From a virus (Duplodnaviria; Caudoviricetes), in IMG/VR virus record IMGVR_UViG_3300020045_004810, positions 1 through 24,422 of that record: DNA of 24,422 nt, one strand, 5' to 3'. Both the position numbers and the translations under genes were made by a program. Positions 1-8,867 of this stretch are shown here, one piece after another. How positions within the stretch are numbered: the first letter of the stretch is position 1; each line of letters begins with the position of its first letter. The notes under the pieces were generated by a model. It had not been told where the DNA came from, searched no databases, and saw nothing but the letters and a program-made list of their open reading frames with translations.

Positions 1-1
1 G

Positions 2-394
2 GCTGTATTAAAATCAAAGCTTGATGCTGCGATACTTATTCCAGGGGCAGGGATATTCGCTGGGGCTGCTGCTATTGCGGCTGGTATTGCCTTACAGATC
101 GCTGCTGGCGCAATTGGTAGTCTGGCATCTGGTAAATCACAAGGTGGTAATAAAGGCAAGAATAGTCAACCTACTGCATTCGCTAACGGTGGAGTTGTAT
201 TTGGCCCTACAAACGCTTTAATAGGCGAGTATGCAGGGGCAAGAAATAACCCTGAGGTAGTAGCGCCATTAAGTAAATTGAAATCAATGATTGGCGGTGG
301 CGAACAAGTATACATTGCGGAAAACGTTATCAGAGGTCAGGATATAGTAACAATATACAAGAAAGCATCATCAACACTTAGAAGGGTTAACTAA
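2..394 (+). CDS. Tail tape measure protein, C-terminal fragment (5' truncated by the window)
   Basis: Open frame 2, absent from the ORF track: Ala/Gly-rich ...AAAIAAGIALQIAAGAIG...FANGGVVFGPTNALIGEYAGARNNPEVVAPLSKLK..., a typical Bacteroidota phage TMP C-terminus. TAA 392-394 overlaps the next ATG (TAATG). Confidence 0.85.
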   Translation, partial: AVLKSKLDAAILIPGAGIFAGAAAIAAGIALQIAAGAIGSLASGKSQGGNKGKNSQPTAFANGGVVFGPTNALIGEYAGARNNPEVVAPLSKLKSMIGGGEQVYIAENVIRGQDIVTIYKKASSTLRRVN

Positions 395-2613
395 TGGCTA
401 TTACTTTAGAAGGATCAGGAACAAACGAAACTAGCATACCAGCTAATGACGGAACAATTACGTTAACAGCGACTCAGACGCCTAGTATCCCAGGTTCTAA
501 CTTTATATTCTCAATATCTCGGAATGGTGGTACTGCTGTAACTGAAACTACTACCGCAACTACGGTTACATTTGATAGCTTGGATGCTGGATCTTATTCA
601 TGCGGCTGTCGTGTTGGTACTGATATAGCAAAGGTTATTTATATCCCTATTTCTACTGCTTCACCAACTCCAGACCCTGACCCACCTACCCCACCTATTC
701 CTGTACCAATGGAGTATAGAGAAAGGTACCAAGGTAGTTTCTGCGATAAATTAGGCAATAACATTATAATTACTTTTCTCCAAAACGTTCCTGTAGCTAG
801 TATTATATTCCCTGTAGTGTCTATTCAATTTGCAGGCGAACAAGATGGCCCTGTAGTAGTTGATTATCCCGACAACGGAGAGTATAAGTTAACGCCAATT
901 AACGGTAGTCAATGCGAGATTAGAATTAAAGCAGAAGGGGACTTCGAGTTATCAAGTATGTACACTGCCGATGAAAAGGAATGGCGTGTTGTAATCTCAG
1001 GAGCATGGAAATGGACTGGATATTTAATCCCCGATAGCTGTATTGAGCCGTTTGCTTCTAAGCCCTATGATGTATCAGTTAGGGCTACGGATGCATTAGG
1101 ATTACTTAAAGACGTGCCATTTCAAAGGGATGATTTAACGAAGTATAAAGGTTTCTATTCGGATAAGGAAGTTATTCGGTTGTGCCTTTTAAAGACAGGC
1201 CTTAGTTTGAATATGCTAGTCGGGGTGAATACCTATGAAGCGTTAATGCAAGTTGGGAATAATCGTTCTCCTTTAGGTCAATCCTATATTAACGTCGAAC
1301 CATTTCTAAACGATGATGGAACGGCTATGGATTGTTATACAGTGATCGAATCAATATTAAGGCGATGGTCTGCAAGGTTACATCAATTCAATGGTGTATG
1401 GCAGATTGTGAATGTAATGGAGAAATCACTTGGTAATGTATTCGCTTATAACTTCAATCCTGATGGAGGTCATGAAAGTCCTGATGTTACTTTAGGTAAT
1501 TCACTAATTGCAGGTGGTCAGAATAGGTTATTAAAACCTGTCGGTAATACTTCATTTGCAAAGGCATTTAAACAGTCAGAGGCTTATTATGAGTACGGGT
1601 ATATATCGAACGCCTTGTTTAACGGAGACTTCGATACTTGGACTACTAAGCCTAACGGGTTACCTGATGGCTGGGAAATGACAGGAGGCACAAGTGGTAC
1701 GACTATGATTAGGTATCAAGATGGCTATGCTACATCAGATTACTTTATAGAAATAGGTAATGGTGGTACAGGCGGCATTAAGCCTATTACTCCAGTGCAG
1801 ATCAGACAATATGATTTCCCAACTATTACTTTTGATTTATACGCCATTGAGTCGATAGCTTACGGCGGGACAGGTAGAGGCCGTTATATATCTGTATTCA
1901 TTAGCAATAGCAATGGATTTTGGTACACCGCTGATGGATGGAAACAGACTAATCAAGCCTATGTTATAAAGAAAGATTCTGGTGATTTCTTAAAACAGAT
2001 GCGTATTGAAATTAAAGTCGATCCATTAGAGGATGATTACTTAATGAGTATTACTATACTTGCAGTCGGGCTAGCTAACGGTGTTCACTTTAAAACAAGC
2101 ATCAATAACGTAAATATTTCGGCCGGATTTGGGACAGGTAGAGAGAAAAACGCAATAGCTGAAAGCAACTTACAAGTGTTATTGACTAAGCAATCTTTCG
2201 TTCCTGACAGACTAGATATTTCGCATTCAGATGATAGTAACCCGACTAGGACTTCTGGAATTCGTATAAACAGCACTAATGATTTCTTTCCTTTAGTTAA
2301 CCCTAACGATGCTCCTTTTAGTTCGCTATGGAAACGTGCGGGTATAACAGAGTATTTACCATTATTAAGTACCGTAGCTAATACCGAATTAAGATTACAT
2401 CAAAGGGCGTATAGGATTATAGATTTCGAATATTACGGTGATCAGCCTTTGGATATAAATACTTTGCTTAGTGTTGACCTATTGGAGGGTACTTATATAT
2501 TCCTATCCGGTTCATTCGATTTGAAATCTGGAATACCTAGATTGAAGTTTGCGCAAGTGTTGACTGAAGCTGTGTTAGTGAATGAAACGCTTAAGATGGA
2601 TTATGGGGATTAA
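394..2613 (+). CDS. Tail tip/baseplate-region structural protein with an appended N-terminal beta-rich (Ig-like) domain
   Basis: 739 aa, translationally coupled to TMP. A Thr-rich N-terminal domain and a Pro-Thr linker (TASPTPDPDPPTPPIPVP) precede a core with WTGYLIPD...EPF...PYDVSVRATDALGLLKD, characteristic of post-TMP tail proteins of Bacteroidota phages. Confidence 0.75.
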   Translation: MAITLEGSGTNETSIPANDGTITLTATQTPSIPGSNFIFSISRNGGTAVTETTTATTVTFDSLDAGSYSCGCRVGTDIAKVIYIPISTASPTPDPDPPTPPIPVPMEYRERYQGSFCDKLGNNIIITFLQNVPVASIIFPVVSIQFAGEQDGPVVVDYPDNGEYKLTPINGSQCEIRIKAEGDFELSSMYTADEKEWRVVISGAWKWTGYLIPDSCIEPFASKPYDVSVRATDALGLLKDVPFQRDDLTKYKGFYSDKEVIRLCLLKTGLSLNMLVGVNTYEALMQVGNNRSPLGQSYINVEPFLNDDGTAMDCYTVIESILRRWSARLHQFNGVWQIVNVMEKSLGNVFAYNFNPDGGHESPDVTLGNSLIAGGQNRLLKPVGNTSFAKAFKQSEAYYEYGYISNALFNGDFDTWTTKPNGLPDGWEMTGGTSGTTMIRYQDGYATSDYFIEIGNGGTGGIKPITPVQIRQYDFPTITFDLYAIESIAYGGTGRGRYISVFISNSNGFWYTADGWKQTNQAYVIKKDSGDFLKQMRIEIKVDPLEDDYLMSITILAVGLANGVHFKTSINNVNISAGFGTGREKNAIAESNLQVLLTKQSFVPDRLDISHSDDSNPTRTSGIRINSTNDFFPLVNPNDAPFSSLWKRAGITEYLPLLSTVANTELRLHQRAYRIIDFEYYGDQPLDINTLLSVDLLEGTYIFLSGSFDLKSGIPRLKFAQVLTEAVLVNETLKMDYGD

Positions 2614-2643
2614 AAAGCCCCTACCAAATTAATGATAGAGGCT
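2612..2643 (-). terminator. Intrinsic terminator of the first leftward cassette
   Basis: Minus strand AGCCTCTATCA-TTAATT-TGGTAGGGGCT-TTTT: 11-bp stem, fully paired only on the minus strand (two G-U pairs), followed by a U-tract. It lies between convergent units. Confidence 0.8.
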
Positions 2644-2705
2644 AATCGATACCGGACTTGAACCGGTGGCCTCTAACGCGCTCTAGCTAACTGAGCTAAT
2701 CGAAT
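2643..2705 (-). ncRNA. tRNA-like element 1 (63 nt), anticodon arm missing
   Basis: ATTCGAT-TA-GCTC AGTTAGCTA GAGC-GCGTTAGAGGCC-ACCGG TTCAAGT CCGGT-ATCGATT-A. Acceptor stem 6/7 bp, D-arm, perfect T-arm, only 12 nt between the D- and T-arms, no encoded CCA. Confidence 0.75.
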
Positions 2706-2717
2706 AAAATTATTTAA

Positions 2718-2918
2718 TTAACCATCCCACTCGCTTAAGCTATTATAATCTTTTATAGTCATTTGATCATTCACGACCTCTTGTATGTCTAAACTAGAAA
2801 TACTATTATCCTTTAAAAAACCTTTATATCCCCCTTGATCTATCCAGTCTTTTGTTGACATAATAAAGTCAGCAGCTCCAGTATTAAATTTAACTTTTTT
2901 AATTGATATATTTTCCAT
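2718..2918 (-). CDS. Hypothetical protein (66 aa)
   Basis: ATG ORF in the leftward cassette. Confidence 0.6.
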   Translation of the reverse strand: MENISIKKVKFNTGAADFIMSTKDWIDQGGYKGFLKDNSISSLDIQEVVNDQMTIKDYNSLSEWDG

Positions 2919-2995
2919 TATCTATTAGATTATTTTAGTTATTATTTCTTCTTTTTTCATTTCCCGTTTGCTGTATTCATTTGTTCTTCAGTTAA

Positions 2996-3145
2996 TTATA
3001 ACTCTATGCAGTTTTTTAAATAAACCCAGCCTTCACTATAAGTTATAGCATAATCCCCGCAGTGTGGATGAATACCCAATACCTCAATAATACCCTTTTC
3101 TTTATGCCTAATTAACAAGCCTATATGTATAAATAATGCGTTCAT
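2996..3145 (-). CDS. Hypothetical protein (49 aa, MNALFIHIGLLIRHKEKG...)
   Basis: Translated by hand; fills the gap in the leftward cassette. Confidence 0.5.
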   Translation of the reverse strand: MNALFIHIGLLIRHKEKGIIEVLGIHPHCGDYAITYSEGWVYLKNCIEL

Positions 3146-3148
3146 AAT

Positions 3149-3256
3149 CTAATAAGGGCTATAATTCCAATAAATACCAGCAAAAAACGCTATGCCAGTT
3201 ATAAAGATTAACGCTAAGATGATTGTTGCGGTTGGTGTTCCTTCGATGTTTTGCAT
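3149..3256 (-). CDS. Small single-pass membrane protein (35 aa)
   Basis: MQNIEGTPTATIILALIFITGIAFFAGIYWNYSPY; ATG overlaps the upstream stop (TAATG). Confidence 0.55.
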   Translation of the reverse strand: MQNIEGTPTATIILALIFITGIAFFAGIYWNYSPY

Positions 3257-3594
3257 TATGATCTGTGGTTAGTTAATCGGTGAGAGAAAGCTAATACTCT
3301 TATTTGAATTTTATATTCAACATTAGCTTTCATTATTCCAGAAAATATTAATTCGTCATTTGATGACTCAGTAAGCCTAGATACATATCCGCTTCCTTCT
3401 CCTGTTACAATTGGATAGTAACATAAAAAAGTTTCTAAATCAGTATCTTTTTTAGGGGTATAAAAGACAACAATAGAGTCTATTGTTTTAAGCACATCTA
3501 TAGGTGCGTTGACTTTTGAGTTAATAATAGCTATTGCTCTATCGTGTATTTTCTTTTCTAAAGTACCCATATTATTTAATTCTAAAATATTCAT
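3256..3594 (-). CDS. Hypothetical protein (start may be the internal ATG at 3570)
   Basis: ORF track; tightly packed in the cassette. Confidence 0.6.
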   Translation of the reverse strand: MNILELNNMGTLEKKIHDRAIAIINSKVNAPIDVLKTIDSIVVFYTPKKDTDLETFLCYYPIVTGEGSGYVSRLTESSNDELIFSGIMKANVEYKIQIRVLAFSHRLTNHRS

Positions 3595-3892
3595 CCAAAA
3601 CTATTCTCTGTTCGTAAATTAAAAGCTCTTTAGGAAATATTGCATATCCGTCAAGATTAACCTCCATAGACTTTTTACTTGCTACAAACATGTATTCATT
3701 TGAAGATACTCTGGGGTTGTCATTGTGGAAACTAATGGAATTACCGGTGAATTCATCCGTTATAACGGAGTCGCTTTTAGCTTTTAAAATACCTTTTAAT
3801 GTATTTTTTCTAACCAGAATGTTGCAGTTTTTTACAACTAACTTATTTTTTGGTTTTTGGATTTTGAAGTTCATTCTTCTTTTATTTAACAC
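3572..3892 (-). CDS. Hypothetical protein (start uncertain)
   Basis: ORF track; first long ORF after the leftward promoter. Confidence 0.6.
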   Translation of the reverse strand: MLNKRRMNFKIQKPKNKLVVKNCNILVRKNTLKGILKAKSDSVITDEFTGNSISFHNDNPRVSSNEYMFVASKKSMEVNLDGYAIFPKELLIYEQRIVLDEYFRIK

Positions 3893-3911
3893 AGCTTCAT
3901 TGCTGATATAA

Positions 3912-3944
3912 CAAACGTAAGCATAGTTAGATTTGTATCCTAAA
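3912..3944 (-). promoter_or_regulatory. Bacteroidota-type promoter of the first leftward cassette
   Basis: Minus strand TTTA-N21-TACGTTTG matches the TTTG-N19-21-TAnnTTTG consensus. Confidence 0.6.
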
Positions 3945-3949
3945 TTTCA

Positions 3950-3982
3950 ACGTATCAATGTTGTTACAATTCATTATATTTG
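3950..3982 (+). promoter_or_regulatory. Promoter (-7 element TATATTTG at 3975-3982) with an upstream dyad site (3950-3969)
   Basis: Perfect TAnnTTTG 4 nt before ATG 3987; dyad ACGTATC-N6-GTTACAA. A second TAGATTTG lies at 3928-3935. Confidence 0.55.
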
Positions 3983-3986
3983 GGAT

Positions 3987-4775
3987 ATGTATAACGGAAC
4001 GGACATAATAATTTTTGTAGACACTTTAACGCCTTTGACAGCCGCTTCTGGGACTACAGCTAACTACAGGCCGTTGGTTTGTGGTACATCCAATGGTTTT
4101 CAAATGGAAGGTGAGTCTATTGTGTTTAGAAATAAATGCGATGGCGGGTTTGAAAATAGTGTTACAGGTTATATTACATGGGATTTTAATGTAGATGGCC
4201 ATGCTTATGCACTGAAAAGTAGTGAGAAACTATTAAAAGCTAATTTCAATGAGGTGGCTTCTTTAATGGTTGAAAAACAAGTATTCTGGGCTAGGATGGC
4301 AAGTTTAGATAATAGCGTAAGGAGAGAAGGGAAAGTAAGAATCTCGTCCTATAAGGAAACAGCAGACATGGATAATCCTTATAGTTTCAATGTAAGTTTT
4401 ACTGGCATAGGTAAACCAATAATAGAAGCAACCCCAGCCCCTCCAACTCCAGGGCTTTTACAAGCACGTTACGGAACAATTGCGGAGGGGATAACATTAA
4501 CTGAGGCTATCATTAATGCAGGGGCTATAGTTGAGTTTAGCAACAATGGATCGGTTACAGTTCCTTACAACTTCAGTACGTTCCTTATACCTTGGCTTGC
4601 TTTACCAGACGGGCAACCGAATAAGCTAACGGTAACAGATTTATCAGACGACCAAGAAACACCAATAGGGCCAACAGGGACATTTGGATCAGAAACGGAT
4701 ATAGGCGCTTACGATACTTACTTAGGAAATTTCCCCACTATTTACACAGGTTTAGGATTAAGATTTAACAACTAA
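3987..4775 (+). CDS. Tail tube-like protein with a C-terminal accessory domain
   Basis: Start moved to ATG 3987 (MYNGTDIIIFVD). LVCGTSNGFQM...RNKCDGGF...WDFNVDG...GKVRISSYKETADMDNPYSFNVSFTGIG is a siphophage tail-tube pattern. It is followed by an ATPAPPTPG linker and about 105 extra aa. Confidence 0.75.
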   Translation: MYNGTDIIIFVDTLTPLTAASGTTANYRPLVCGTSNGFQMEGESIVFRNKCDGGFENSVTGYITWDFNVDGHAYALKSSEKLLKANFNEVASLMVEKQVFWARMASLDNSVRREGKVRISSYKETADMDNPYSFNVSFTGIGKPIIEATPAPPTPGLLQARYGTIAEGITLTEAIINAGAIVEFSNNGSVTVPYNFSTFLIPWLALPDGQPNKLTVTDLSDDQETPIGPTGTFGSETDIGAYDTYLGNFPTIYTGLGLRFNN

Positions 4776-4779
4776 TAAT

Positions 4780-7143
4780 ATGGCATTTAATGCAATTGAT
4801 AACACACGAGTAAACGCGGCTAAGTTCCCAGATGATTGGTATGCAGCAGAAGTAGTAGCTGGGAAAGAAATTCCTTATGCGAGTATTGAAGCGGCTAAGA
4901 CTGCTATACCGAGCGCTGTAAGAATGAAAGGCCGTGCATTTTTAGTTACCATAAATGGTATCACTCAGGAATATTGGTGGAAAGATGATTTAATAGAACC
5001 AATACCTAAACGTGGTGATAAAAACTATACAAGTCTTGATTCTTTGGGTGTTAAAGGCGATGGAACTACAGATTATACAGATATCATTAATACAGCTATT
5101 AACGATTTAGCGGTGTTAGGGGGCGGTACTTTATTTGCACCTGTAGGAACTTATATTTGTAGAACAATAACCTTATTAGTTGGTGTTCAAATTATAGGTG
5201 AAAACAAACGGAAAACAGAGTTTAAACTAAAATCTGGTTATACAGGGGATTTATTTAATTGCTATAATTACACTAGAGGCGGCTTAACTAACTTTACCTG
5301 TAATGGCAACCGATCAGGAGGCGCAAGTGGTAGCGCTATTCATATCGCAGCAGATTTAGATAATACAGGAGCTAAAAGTACCGCTTCAGTTATCGAGAAC
5401 TTATTTATTGGTGATTTCACTAAAAATGGAATTGAAGCTATTGCTGTTGCTTGGATATTCGTTGTAAGGAATAACTATATTCAGTTCTGCGATGGGCATG
5501 GTATTTATAACACAACAACCGACAACGGATTTTATAACAACGATATATCTAATTGTGGCAAAAACGGGTTTTATAACTTTGGTGGTGCAAATACCAGGAT
5601 AACAGGAGGTAAAATTATTTCTTGTGGTAAGTCTGGTACTGATGCTACATTTGCTGGAGTTTACTTTGAAAGTAGTAATAGATGTATTATTACAAGTGTA
5701 GAATGTCAGGATAATTATTATTCAGGGTTTTATATATCCAACTCAGAACAAAACTCTTTTATAGGCGTATTGTCTGATGGTAATAACGCACATTCTAGAC
5801 CGGGCGCGACAACTTCAACTGGCACAACAACATGGGCTACAGGAAACGGATATGGATTTGATCTCTACAGGTGTAAACAATCTTTGTTTTATGGGCTTGC
5901 CACAAACTACTCAATTAGCACCCCCTCGCAGACTGCTGGTAGTAGGATTGTAGATTCTCAGAATATAGATTTTCAAATTAGAGAAACAAATCAATTAACT
6001 ACGTCAACTGTTACTAATTCATTTAATATTAAAAAACCAGATCCAGATTTAAATCCTAACAACTTTACAGCTTCTGCGCTTCTTACTTGGACAGCAGACC
6101 AAGCTAACATAAAAGTAGGCGGATCTGGTGCCGGGGCTGCTAATGGACTCGAAATAATTGGAGTTGCAAGTGCGAAACTCGCTAAATTTAATCAAGACCG
6201 ATCTACTTTAACGGGTAGCCTAGCTTTGGATTTAGCGGCAGGACTAATTATAGCTAACTCAAATAATATAGCTGCATCTGTACAATTAAACTTCTTCACT
6301 GATAGAGCACGAATTAGACTAAGTGGTACTGGGGCAGGTGCTGGGAATGGATTTTCTATTCAAGCTGCTGGTAATACTGAATTATGGGGTGTAGATGGCA
6401 ACGGTAAAGCTAGTTCCCCTAAGTTGGCAATAACAAATCCTGTCAACGGTGTTGTTGCTGATTTGATGTTAATATGGGATGCTACAAGTAAAGAGGTTAA
6501 AACAGCTAGACAATTAACTACAGATGATTATAGATTTAAGTATACCGTTAAAACCGGATCAACAAGTATAACTCCTGGATTTGCTAATGAGTTTATAGAA
6601 GCCAATACGACTGCTGCGCAAACTCAAACATTAGCTGTTGATGCCACTACCACTGTCGGGACAATTAAAGTATTTAAAAATAACGGCACATTCCCTTTAA
6701 CTATAACGCCTGCTTCAGGGGTGCTAATTGAAAGCGGTACAAGTTCAATTCAATTACCTTACTTTGGGGATACTTTATGGATATTAGCTTCATCGGCTAA
6801 TACTTGGAGGATAATAAACAAAAGCAGCTTAATTAGTAATAGAGGCTTAAGCAGAGTACTAACAACAACTTCAAGTATTTTAGCCACGGAATATGGCGCT
6901 AATGGGCAATTAACTATTTATGCTGATGCTTCTGGCGGACCGTTCACTATTACATTACCATTAGCCGCTACGGATCAAGGATTAACTACTAAGATTGTTA
7001 AAACAGATGCAAGCGCGAATACTATTACTGTTAGGGGTAATGGAACTGAGTTAATCAACAACGCTAACACCGATACTACATTAAGCACACAAAACGCATC
7101 ATTTATATTAGAATCAAACGGAACGAAACACTTTAAATTTTAA
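4780..7143 (+). CDS. Tail spike/fibre with a right-handed beta-helix (pectate lyase-like, putative depolymerase)
   Basis: SLGVKGDGTTDYTDIINTAI...GGGTLFAPVGTYI is the Pectate_lyase_3-type N-terminal motif. Asn/Gly-rich beta-helix rungs follow, then two C-terminal beta modules (...TITLPLAA...KIVKTDASANTITV). Confidence 0.8.
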   Translation: MAFNAIDNTRVNAAKFPDDWYAAEVVAGKEIPYASIEAAKTAIPSAVRMKGRAFLVTINGITQEYWWKDDLIEPIPKRGDKNYTSLDSLGVKGDGTTDYTDIINTAINDLAVLGGGTLFAPVGTYICRTITLLVGVQIIGENKRKTEFKLKSGYTGDLFNCYNYTRGGLTNFTCNGNRSGGASGSAIHIAADLDNTGAKSTASVIENLFIGDFTKNGIEAIAVAWIFVVRNNYIQFCDGHGIYNTTTDNGFYNNDISNCGKNGFYNFGGANTRITGGKIISCGKSGTDATFAGVYFESSNRCIITSVECQDNYYSGFYISNSEQNSFIGVLSDGNNAHSRPGATTSTGTTTWATGNGYGFDLYRCKQSLFYGLATNYSISTPSQTAGSRIVDSQNIDFQIRETNQLTTSTVTNSFNIKKPDPDLNPNNFTASALLTWTADQANIKVGGSGAGAANGLEIIGVASAKLAKFNQDRSTLTGSLALDLAAGLIIANSNNIAASVQLNFFTDRARIRLSGTGAGAGNGFSIQAAGNTELWGVDGNGKASSPKLAITNPVNGVVADLMLIWDATSKEVKTARQLTTDDYRFKYTVKTGSTSITPGFANEFIEANTTAAQTQTLAVDATTTVGTIKVFKNNGTFPLTITPASGVLIESGTSSIQLPYFGDTLWILASSANTWRIINKSSLISNRGLSRVLTTTSSILATEYGANGQLTIYADASGGPFTITLPLAATDQGLTTKIVKTDASANTITVRGNGTELINNANTDTTLSTQNASFILESNGTKHFKF

Positions 7144-7149
7144 CCCCTC

Positions 7150-7680
7150 ATGTACAACGAAATACAACCTAGACTCAGGGTAAACAGAACTAGCACAATG
7201 AATATAACAACGAGTTGGCAGAAGATCGACTTTAATGGCACTTCAATTACTAACGCTAATACATTCGGGAAAGATCCTTTAAGCGGTAATAATATGGTCT
7301 GGTGGGATTCGTCCGGCAAGCTGTTTAAGTTCTATGAACAGAACGATCAAAACTACGATTGTACGATGTTCTTATCAACTACGACTAATTTAATAACGGT
7401 TAAGGCTACTTTGCAATACCGTTGTGTTATACCTAACGCTGGAGGTGCTGGAGTTAATAAGTACTTCCCTTTTCCCGATGATGCTAGTCCTTATGTAGAT
7501 ATGGCAGATGCTACCTTACTAGCAACTCAGGTTAACCATAAAGCAGAAAAGATCCCATTGTATTTGGAATCTAGTATTAGGGCTAATGGGTTTTGGATAG
7601 AGATTAAGCTAAGTAATTCGCTAATTACTTTAGGAACTTGTACGTTGAATAACGCTGCGGTGTTAATACAAGGCAAGTAA
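7150..7680 (+). CDS. Putative tail-associated structural protein (176 aa)
   Basis: Beta-rich, directly after the spike and last gene before the terminator. Confidence 0.55.
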   Translation: MYNEIQPRLRVNRTSTMNITTSWQKIDFNGTSITNANTFGKDPLSGNNMVWWDSSGKLFKFYEQNDQNYDCTMFLSTTTNLITVKATLQYRCVIPNAGGAGVNKYFPFPDDASPYVDMADATLLATQVNHKAEKIPLYLESSIRANGFWIEIKLSNSLITLGTCTLNNAAVLIQGK

Positions 7681-7713
7681 AAGAAACTCACACAAACGAT
7701 ACAAGCACAAAGC

Positions 7714-7750
7714 AAAAAAGGCTATTAGAATCAAACCTAATAGCCTTAAT
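7714..7750. terminator. Terminator between the convergent tail and leftward units (probably bidirectional)
   Basis: Perfect 11-bp stem AAGGCTATTAG-N8-CTAATAGCCTT; the A-tract on the left gives a U-tract on the minus strand. Confidence 0.8.
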
Positions 7751-7751
7751 A

Positions 7752-7943
7752 TTATATTACCGATTCTAAGCATTGAAGTAGAAATATGAACAGATAAGCG
7801 CACACAGCTATTGATCCATATTTTATTATTGATTCTGGCAAAGTATTTTTAGTAAAGTTAATTTCCTTTGAATACCCATTATAATAAGCCTCTGAGTTTA
7901 CAATTGTGCAGTTTTTAGACATATAAAATCTTTCTATTTCCAT
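7752..7943 (-). CDS. Hypothetical protein with a C-terminal hydrophobic segment
   Basis: ORF track. Confidence 0.55.
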   Translation of the reverse strand: MEIERFYMSKNCTIVNSEAYYNGYSKEINFTKNTLPESIIKYGSIAVCAYLFIFLLQCLESVI

Positions 7944-7944
7944 G

Positions 7945-8121
7945 CTAATTGTTTTTTACAATATTAATAATCTCCCTAAAGGCTAATAAATATTCTTCAT
8001 CAGTTTTCACTAAATTACCTTTATGGTAAACTTTCCCTTCTTTTGTTATTTTAACCAATACCTCATTTACATTTGTTACTACCTGTAAAGAGTTTTCTTG
8101 TTGTGTTTCTATGTGTTTCAT
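7945..8121 (-). CDS. Hypothetical protein (58 aa, MKHIETQQENSLQ...)
   Basis: Translated by hand; ATGA overlap with the upstream gene. Confidence 0.6.
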   Translation of the reverse strand: MKHIETQQENSLQVVTNVNEVLVKITKEGKVYHKGNLVKTDEEYLLAFREIINIVKNN

Positions 8122-8309
8122 TTTTTATTGTTTTTATCACTTTCTATTGAATCAATTGATAATGGAATGAAGCTTAGTATCATAACTAAAACCATAACAT
8201 ATCTAGCCCATTCTTCCCAGTCAGTTATATATTTTAACCCGCTCCCTAGCCAAAATGCTAAATATATTAAAATCCAAACCATTACAACTTTTAATAACCA
8301 ATTTTTCAT
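8118..8309 (-). CDS. Small 2-TM membrane protein
   Basis: Two hydrophobic segments; coupled to both neighbours. Confidence 0.65.
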   Translation of the reverse strand: MKNWLLKVVMVWILIYLAFWLGSGLKYITDWEEWARYVMVLVMILSFIPLSIDSIESDKNNKK

Positions 8310-8680
8310 TACTTTTTATATTTAGAATAAGCAATCATACAGTTTTTAATTGATTCCATTAGTTCTGATACTTCATAATCTGTATAAGCCTCAATCCCCA
8401 TTGAGAAATCTGTGTTGTTTTTGATTATTTCTTTAAGCATAATTTCATCTTCTGAGTCTTTCGTGTTTACTGACCATTTTGAGTTAAATTCTTCTTTCGT
8501 CATTTCATTGTACAAATCTTTAGTTTTTATTTCCCATCCACATTTTGAACAGGTAAAAATAGAATCAGTATATACAATAACATAATTTCCAGGATGAAGA
8601 AATACCATTGTATTTTTACATTTATGGCAATAAATATTTTTAATTATTGTTGTATAAGCCGAATCATAAAATGTATTCAT
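8309..8680 (-). CDS. Zinc-ribbon hypothetical protein
   Basis: CHKC-x22-CSKC motif. Confidence 0.65.
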   Translation of the reverse strand: MNTFYDSAYTTIIKNIYCHKCKNTMVFLHPGNYVIVYTDSIFTCSKCGWEIKTKDLYNEMTKEEFNSKWSVNTKDSEDEIMLKEIIKNNTDFSMGIEAYTDYEVSELMESIKNCMIAYSKYKK

Positions 8681-8681
8681 C

Positions 8682-8861
8682 TTAAAACTGTATCGCTAGT
8701 TTCTTCCCCTTGTTCATTAACACCCATTCGTAAATCGCTTTACGGTCATTGGTCTGCAATTGATGTTTAGCCAGATGTATTACATAAGCTGGCACATCAC
8801 ATTTTTTAGCTGCGTACTGGATATCAGTATTCGAGTTGGAGATTTTAGTTTGATCTTTCAT
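8682..8861 (-). CDS. Hypothetical protein (59 aa), weak resemblance to DUF3606
   Basis: Hand translation MKDQTKISNSNTDIQYAAKKCDVPAYVIHLAKHQLQTNDRKAIYEWVLMNKGKKLAIQF. Confidence 0.55.
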   Translation of the reverse strand: MKDQTKISNSNTDIQYAAKKCDVPAYVIHLAKHQLQTNDRKAIYEWVLMNKGKKLAIQF

Positions 8862-8867
8862 ATTGAT

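Noticed and set aside
21-221. 66-aa ORF from the track
   Set aside because: It is an alternative frame inside the tape measure C-terminus, which is read in frame 2.
2643-2705. attP or prophage attachment remnant
   Set aside because: att cores usually copy only the tRNA 3' part, whereas here both 5' and 3' parts are present and pair. No integrase is adjacent. It cannot be fully excluded without the host genome.
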